From: an uncultured archaeon
Lineage (GTDB): Archaea > Iainarchaeota > Iainarchaeia > Iainarchaeales > Iainarchaeaceae
Direction: 5' to 3'
Assembly (NCBI GenBank): GCA_964577555.1
Contig: CAZNZM010000003.1
Coordinates: 74,047 to 106,046, forward strand
Length of the DNA stretch: 32,000 nucleotides
Shown: positions 27,201-32,000 of the stretch, piece by piece
Layout: the number at the start of each line of letters is the position of its first letter
Position numbering within the stretch: the first letter of the stretch is position 1
The notes under the pieces: generated by a model
What the model saw: only the letters and a program-made list of their open reading frames with translations
The model's database searches: none
What the model was told of the DNA's origin: nothing
Made by a program: the position numbers and the translations under genes

Positions 27201-28183
27201 CCTCCGTCAATTATTGTTATGCCGTTAGATTTTATTTTGATTTTTGTTCCGCCTATGCCTGTAAGCAGTGTTTTGTCTTTGACGCTGACTCTTAAAGTTG
27301 CATTGATTTTCTTTTTTGAAAGCCTGATTACTTTTGTCCCTTCAAATGATGCCAAGTCGATTAATTCTCTTGCATCGTTGAAACCGGTTGCAGAAACATT
27401 TATTGTGAGCATTCCGCAATTTGATTGCACTGAAATCCTGTGGTTTGGTCCGTTGCCTCTTATTGGCGAGGGTGAAATTCCTGAATTGTTGCATGAAAAT
27501 GTAAGGCTTACATTGACGTTTGGCGCTATTAGATTGCGCTCCTCGTCCCTTAGCTCTATTCCTATTTGTTTCACTTTTGTTTCTTCGTATTTTTTGAGTT
27601 TTATGCGGTAAAGTTTTTCAGGTTGTATATCCAATACATCGGCGTATTTTTTGAATCTGTTGTCATCAACCGAAACATTGATTTTTTTTCCGTAAAATTC
27701 GGTTGTGAATTCCCCGCTTGCATTTGTTTTTTTTGTTTCAGTTTTTTTTCCAAGAGAAAAATTAACTGATATGTCTTTGACTGGCTTGTTTGCTTCATCG
27801 GTTACGATGAATTTTGCCGGGCTTTTTGTAAAACCGAAAAATTTCAATATTGGGTCAAAAATCGTTTTTAAGATGTTGCCAATGGGTTCAAGTGGCCCGC
27901 CTTTTTCGAATAATTTTATTATTGGCGAAAGTGTTTCTGCAATGAATTTTACAACTGGTTCAAGTGGTCCGCCGTGTCCGCCAAAAAATAGAAGCAGAAG
28001 CAAAGAAACTACGAAAAGAAAAAATAGGATTACTAGTATGAATGATGGAAAGTATTTGTCAATTGGGTCGATTATATTGTATATTGGGATTTTTTCGTTT
28101 GCTTTGTCAAGTAGTTCATAATACTTGTCTTCAAAAAAATAATAAACTTCTTTGATTTGTTGTATAAGGTCCTCCAATGCCAC
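24275..28183 (-). CDS. Giant N-terminally anchored surface protein with carboxypeptidase-regulatory/Ig-like repeats
   Basis: 1302 aa. N-terminal soluble segment, TM YFPSFILVILFFLFVVSLLLLLFF, duplicated GGPLEP linkers, then repeated modules of the type V.V.D....V.NASV.I.......G.TDSNGIFE..N.PPGNY.A.A. It abuts the next gene (stop TAA directly followed by GTG). Confidence 0.88.
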   Translation of the reverse strand: MALEDLIQQIKEVYYFFEDKYYELLDKANEKIPIYNIIDPIDKYFPSFILVILFFLFVVSLLLLLFFGGHGGPLEPVVKFIAETLSPIIKLFEKGGPLEPIGNILKTIFDPILKFFGFTKSPAKFIVTDEANKPVKDISVNFSLGKKTETKKTNASGEFTTEFYGKKINVSVDDNRFKKYADVLDIQPEKLYRIKLKKYEETKVKQIGIELRDEERNLIAPNVNVSLTFSCNNSGISPSPIRGNGPNHRISVQSNCGMLTINVSATGFNDARELIDLASFEGTKVIRLSKKKINATLRVSVKDKTLLTGIGGTKIKIKSNGITIIDGGYTDDSGSKIIPNVPLGTYIAEAIPPENTGYTIGQSNEFTIGAAEFSEGNTKTIEILLEKPNNAKKALLKFIDKKSSTAVEGVNTNLIIGLQNSGVLKTSGSDGIVSFINLEPDKNYSAIASHPEYVRKIIPHLDLKPIDSTQPQEIKIEKAEQSNSGKIKVIVNDYSRKSVPNASVAIYEKSNPIIFVEGETDSNGIFEANNMPPGNYYAEAVKYVDGAKNTGKSAKADLRPGRTLELPITIVLANGELAVKVVDVDGKAVQSANVSFIDSINGKELAKKITQNNGLTESVKFKVDAKPKLIIQKNGYLKTETGQITIEPDVKKIETVTLVKLPEPPANPEFKIELENVFKEDGRIADKIESGKKYVFKFRLQTGDKIENLKAVFRAGLQNQTNSNDSKIVITGINAASTEVVYSGCFNPENDYADCSITSGDAKQAVISLGTSEKTTYIISAAVKIKEIPETQKPDTIIEMRWGAKGTINGVETFKPKPRELYFWSARLDAPICKSNCGIVFTSVNLIDEERTIPLEEQKIYKLLEGKTYTLTYSLLNLSGKSYSNVKMTVKNKNALNPLEITVGNERTIGEFGANQQITGQEYRVEFVAKKPLQEADLNLSLNLGTKGDTFIANLAVEGLKNILLTLQPTTITAGITTMVLATAKDERNNPINEAEIKMYENPQDPDTQISKNTNYLTNNSGIVNLTVPPFESGKKIIVKAEKLPNYKTASAELQTVSIPLPQKETIQCVKFSKENNETPEIENELILQIQRKNTTNFNIQNECEKEIEIKLAKDTESDIVIKDSITRLSETLNESEPITLTPGNKATFNVSSNKQLGIHPIYVLAKYKGETKIYRAGIVKVIINDETARLVITRINPEMLAGDELNNKYTLDFLNGKEKVAIINKAYTGLEDPAENNLNKSYPYNDLANKFTRKLNITPLQINKTPNSREEILILSNTGLTNNLEDPFFLITIEDYYKGVD

Positions 28184-28369
28184 GAAAAAACCCCGCTTTT
28201 ATTTTGGACTCTTAAATAAAGGGTTATAAAGTATTTAAAGTAATTTATGGTTGTTTAATAGCTTAAAAATCGTTTTTTCTTTGTTTTACGTTATTTAAGT
28301 CATTTTTTTCACTTTTAAAAAAATCAAAATTTTTGTTGTCTATTTTGGTAGTCGGCTTTTGGAATTTTT

Positions 28370-28600
28370 TTCGCCAAGCCAATTTTTGTATTTTTTTTGT
28401 CTTTGGTTTGGTTTTTTTTTGCGAGCCATTTTTTTTTAGTCATGTTTATTTTTTTTTTAATTAAAATTGTTTTGTTTTTTTTTGATTTTTTTTTATTTTG
28501 ATATTTGCGGACTTTTTTTGTCATTTTTTTTGTTTTTGCCCTGTTTTTTTTGTTATCTGATTTTTTTATTTTTTAATTTTTGAATTTTTTTTTAGATACA
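28370..28600. other. T-rich (+ strand) intergenic tract with GCGAGCC-like cores
   Basis: Runs of T interrupted by gccaagccaattttt (28373), gcgagccattttttttt (28421) and tttttttgtcatttttttt (~28513). Confidence 0.8.
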
Positions 28601-28681
28601 GATTATTTTTTTGTCTTTGTCTTGCTTTTTTGTTGTTTTTCAAACTAAACTTTTTTATATTTTAATATCCTAGTTAATGAA

Positions 28682-29773
28682 ATGAAAATTGAAAGTAAGT
28701 TGCTTGCGAAGCCGGAAGATGTTGTTCCAACCACGCCGAAGTTCAGGGTCAGGGGTGTTTTTAACCCTGCGGCTATAAGGTTGAAGAGTAAAAAAATACT
28801 TCTTTTGGCAAGAGTGGCTGAAACTCCTTTTCATGGTGAAAAATATTTTATTGCGCCAAGGTTTGCCGGCAAGTCAAAGACTAAAATTATAATGGAAAAA
28901 ATTTTGAGAAAAGAAGGCAAATTCAAAGAAAATTATTTTCTCTTTGATTCTGAAATTGCTAGGTTGCCTACTATTTCTCATTTGAGAAAGATTTTGCTTG
29001 ACGAGTCTGGCATGAATGTTGAAAAGATTTCCAACAAACCTGATTTTATGGGTTTGGAAAATGATGGGGATTTTGGCGTTGAAGATCCAAGGGTTACTTG
29101 TTTTAAAAAAGAGGGTTTTTGTGCAATGACTTATGTTTCTGTTTCAATGTACACTGGCGTCTCAACTTCTCTTGCAATTACAAAAGACCTTAAAAATTGG
29201 TCTCGTGAAGGAATAATTTTCAGGCAACAAAACAAGGATGTTGTGATTTATCCTGAGAAAATAAATGGTTATTATGTTGCTTTGCATAGGCCTGAAGGTA
29301 CGATGATTTTTGACAAGCCGAGAATTTGGCTTTCTTATTCCAAGGACTTGGTGTTTTGGGGGCGGGACAAAGCAATTATGAGTCCGCGGAAAGGGTGTTG
29401 GGACGGTTTAAGGATAGGTAATGGGAGCGTTCCGCTTAAAATTGATGATGGTTGGCTCGAGTTTTATCATGGGGTAAGTCTTTCCGATCAAAACAATCCG
29501 GATTCTCAAAAAATTTATTGTGCAGGTGCGGTAGTATTTGACTATAAGGATCCTTCCAAGATTTTGGCTCGTTCTCCTGCAAAAAAGCCTTTGCTTTCGC
29601 CTGAACAAGATTATGAAAAATCAGGTTTTGTCAGCCATGTTGTTTTTCCTACTGCCGCTTTGCTTGACTCTGACAAAAAGCATGTTTTGGTTTTTGGCGG
29701 AGGCGGAGATTCTTCGATTTTTGTCAAGAGGCTTGCCCTCAATGACGTTTTGAACTCGTTGGAATGGAGTTAG
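28682..29773 (+). CDS. GH130 family glycoside phosphorylase-like protein (beta-mannoside phosphorylase type)
   Basis: 363 aa with RGVFNPAAIR, NDGDFGVEDPRVT, PEKINGYYVALHRPEG, GCWDGLRIGNGSVPLKIDDGWLEFYHGV and a VFPTAAL region, typical of GH130. Confidence 0.87.
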   Translation: MKIESKLLAKPEDVVPTTPKFRVRGVFNPAAIRLKSKKILLLARVAETPFHGEKYFIAPRFAGKSKTKIIMEKILRKEGKFKENYFLFDSEIARLPTISHLRKILLDESGMNVEKISNKPDFMGLENDGDFGVEDPRVTCFKKEGFCAMTYVSVSMYTGVSTSLAITKDLKNWSREGIIFRQQNKDVVIYPEKINGYYVALHRPEGTMIFDKPRIWLSYSKDLVFWGRDKAIMSPRKGCWDGLRIGNGSVPLKIDDGWLEFYHGVSLSDQNNPDSQKIYCAGAVVFDYKDPSKILARSPAKKPLLSPEQDYEKSGFVSHVVFPTAALLDSDKKHVLVFGGGGDSSIFVKRLALNDVLNSLEWS

Positions 29774-29820
29774 CTATAAATACATCTTGTGCAACAAATT
29801 CTTATAGGTGAAAAATTACG

Positions 29821-32000
29821 TTGGTTTCATCTGCAAGAAAATATCTGATTTTATCATCTTATCCTCCTCGTGAGTGCGGGATTGCGACTTTCACTAAAGA
29901 CCTCTCGGATTCTATACAAAAAAGGTTTGGCAATTCGCTTGTTTCTAAAATCGCGGCTATCAATGAATCAAATTATGTGCTTAGGACTTATCCTAAAAAA
30001 GTTTCAATTACTTTGACTGAAAATGATATTTCAAGTTATGAGGCTTTGGCAAAAAAAATAAATCGTATGAAGAATGTTGAAGTGGTGAATATTCAACATG
30101 AATTTGGTTTGTTTGGCGGTCTTTTTGGCAGTTATCTTTTGACTTTCATGGAGCTTTTGAATAAAAAAATAATCACGACGTTGCATACTGTTCTTGAAGA
30201 TCCTAAACAGGAAATGAAAGAGGTTGTGAGGCGAATATTTGAATTAAGCGATAAAGTAGTTGTTATGACTGAAAATGCAAAGGAAATTCTTGCAGACCAC
30301 TATCAAGTTGATGTTTCGAAGGTTGAGGTGATTCCTCATGGCGTGCCTGCAATTAGTTATGAAAAAAACGAGAATGCTAAAAAGAAGTATGGTTTAAAGG
30401 GCAAGACAGTTCTAATGACTTTCGGCATGCTTAGCAAAGGAAAGTCGCTTGAAACTGTAATAAACGCGTTGCCAAAAGTTGTCAAAAAATTTCCAAATGT
30501 GGTTTATTTGATAGTTGGGCAAACCCACCCTGTTGTAAGGCAAAAAGAGGGCGAGTCTTACAGAAACATGTTGAAAGAATTGGTTGCTCATCATAATTTG
30601 GGTGATAATGTCAAGTTTCTTGACAAATATTTGACTTTAAAAGAAATAATAGAGTGTTTGCAGATGGCTGATATTTATCTTGCGCCTTCTTCTGATGCAA
30701 GGCAAATATGCAGTGGCACGGTGAGTTATGCCATGGGCGCTGGAAGAGCCATAATAGCGTCAAAAACGAAGTATAATGGAGAGGTTTTGGCTTCAAAAAG
30801 GGGTATTATAATAAAAGAAAATGATCCTGATGCTTTTTCAAGAGCCATAATAAGGTTGCTTAAGAATCACGAGCTAAGGGCTGTATTGGAAAAGAATGCT
30901 TTTGAGTATAGCAGAAAAATGACTTGGCAGAATGTTTCTACTAAATATTTCAATGTGATTCGTTCTTTGAGCCAATTTTCAATAAGCGAATTTGGAAAAT
31001 TGCCTAAGTTTAATTTTAAGCATTTTTTTAGAATAACTGATGATTTTGGCATGATACAATTTTGCAATTATACTACTCCGGACATTGAAAGCGGTTATAC
31101 TCTTGATGACAATGCAAGAGCTTTGGTTGTTTCAAAGAAAGCGTTTGAATTGTTTGGCTACAAAAAATTTGTAAAAATGGCGGACAAGTTTTTGGATTTT
31201 GTTGATTATTGTTATGAAAGCGATGGAGTAATACACAATGTCGTGAATTATAAAAGAGAATATGCTGATGATATTGGAAGCGAAGATAGTTATGGTAGGG
31301 CTTTGTGGGGGCTTGCGGAAACGGTTGAGTCTAACATGCCGTTGCAAATCAAGGAAAAAGCCAAGGCAATACTTTCCAAGTATATAAAAAGCGGAATTGA
31401 AGTCAGTTCTCCGAGAGCCGAAGCCGATTCTCTTATTGGATTGACAAAAGTAATGGATCATTTTCCATCGGAAGCAGAAACACATGAAAAATTATTGGAT
31501 TCTTTGATATGCAAATACAACGATTCAAAGGATGAAGATTGGAAATGGTTTGAAAGTTATTTGACGTATGCTAATGGCAGAATACCTGAAGCTCTTTTTG
31601 AAGCGCATAAATTTGACAAGTCTGGCGAAGCGAAAAATATTGCAATTGAATCAATGGATTTTTTGACTAAAATTCTTTTTATTGAAGACAAACTTTTTCC
31701 AGTTGGACAAGAAAAATGGTATCATCGCAAAAGCGAAAGGTCAATGTTTGATCAACAACCAATAGAGGCTTCAGTGATGACAACCGCTTATATTAAAGCT
31801 TTTGAATCCACTGGGAACCAAATTTATATGAAAAGAGCCCATGACGCGTTTGATTGGTTTTTAGGCAAAAATGCGCATCATTTGATGGTTTATGACGAAG
31901 CAAGTGGAGGATCGTTTGACGGAATAACGCGCAATGGTGTTAATGCAAATCAAGGTGCCGAATCAACAGTGTCTTATTTGCTTGCAAGGCTTTCTTTTTG
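29821..32000 (+). CDS. GT4-type glycosyltransferase with long C-terminal predicted alpha-helical domain (partial, 3' end beyond window)
   Basis: My translation from TTG 29821 (SD-like AGGTGA at 29806-29811) is open to the window end: LVSSARKYLILSSYPPRECGIATFTKDLSDSIQKRF ... VNIQHEFGLFGGLFGSYLLTFMELLNKKIITTLHTV ... VEVIPHGVP ... TVLMTFGMLSKGKSLETVINALP ... ADIYLAPSSDARQICSGTVSYAMGAGRAIIAS ... ITDDFGMIQFCNYTTPDIESGYTLDDNARALVVSKKAFE ... GITRNGVNANQGAESTVSYLLARLSF. Confidence 0.88.
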   Translation, partial: MVSSARKYLILSSYPPRECGIATFTKDLSDSIQKRFGNSLVSKIAAINESNYVLRTYPKKVSITLTENDISSYEALAKKINRMKNVEVVNIQHEFGLFGGLFGSYLLTFMELLNKKIITTLHTVLEDPKQEMKEVVRRIFELSDKVVVMTENAKEILADHYQVDVSKVEVIPHGVPAISYEKNENAKKKYGLKGKTVLMTFGMLSKGKSLETVINALPKVVKKFPNVVYLIVGQTHPVVRQKEGESYRNMLKELVAHHNLGDNVKFLDKYLTLKEIIECLQMADIYLAPSSDARQICSGTVSYAMGAGRAIIASKTKYNGEVLASKRGIIIKENDPDAFSRAIIRLLKNHELRAVLEKNAFEYSRKMTWQNVSTKYFNVIRSLSQFSISEFGKLPKFNFKHFFRITDDFGMIQFCNYTTPDIESGYTLDDNARALVVSKKAFELFGYKKFVKMADKFLDFVDYCYESDGVIHNVVNYKREYADDIGSEDSYGRALWGLAETVESNMPLQIKEKAKAILSKYIKSGIEVSSPRAEADSLIGLTKVMDHFPSEAETHEKLLDSLICKYNDSKDEDWKWFESYLTYANGRIPEALFEAHKFDKSGEAKNIAIESMDFLTKILFIEDKLFPVGQEKWYHRKSERSMFDQQPIEASVMTTAYIKAFESTGNQIYMKRAHDAFDWFLGKNAHHLMVYDEASGGSFDGITRNGVNANQGAESTVSYLLARLSF

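Noticed and set aside
24462-28121. Numerous + strand ORFs inside 24275..28183, such as 27705..28121 and 27219..27611
   Set aside because: They are antisense to a continuous 1302-aa frame with coherent domain structure and lack independent evidence.
28324-28524. Minus-strand Lys-rich ORF 28324..28524 with two LAKK repeats
   Set aside because: The LAKK repetitions arise from the GCGAGCC-like cores embedded in T runs. Composition explains the rest, so I treated it as a repeat signal rather than a protein.
1-32000. CRISPR arrays, insertion sequences, phage, toxin-antitoxin or defence genes
   Set aside because: I looked for regularly spaced repeats, transposase or integrase motifs and typical defence domains, and found none that could be supported.

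Overview
AT-rich window, most likely from an archaeon and probably a DPANN-like lineage. The archaeal call rests on two tRNA genes with bulge-helix-bulge introns and on split crtYc/crtYd-type lycopene cyclase genes. From left to right I can support: the edge of a YbaK/ProX-like gene (absent from the ORF track); a bacterial-type metK; an HTH-CBS regulator; a compact carotenoid locus (crtI, crtYc, crtYd and convergent crtB); a four-gene operon of signal-peptide/C-terminal-TM surface proteins sharing a Cys-paired Ig/cadherin-like repeat; a G+C-rich structured ncRNA candidate; intron-containing tRNA-Ser(GGA) and a probable tRNA-Arg(CCG); a short bacterial-type tgt without a PUA extension; a GATase-like membrane protein; a ~9 kb three-gene operon of very large extracellular proteins; and a GH130 phosphorylase-like gene followed by a GT4 glycosyltransferase with a long C-terminal extension that runs off the window (also absent from the ORF track). 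About half the window encodes uncharacterised cell-surface proteins. Several intergenic regions are strongly T-rich on the + strand and contain a recurrent GCGAGCC-like core flanked by T runs. The best candidates for undescribed biology are the ncRNA, the two surface operons, the T-tract/GCGAGCC elements and the GH130-GT4 cassette. No CRISPR array, transposase or obvious defence system was seen.
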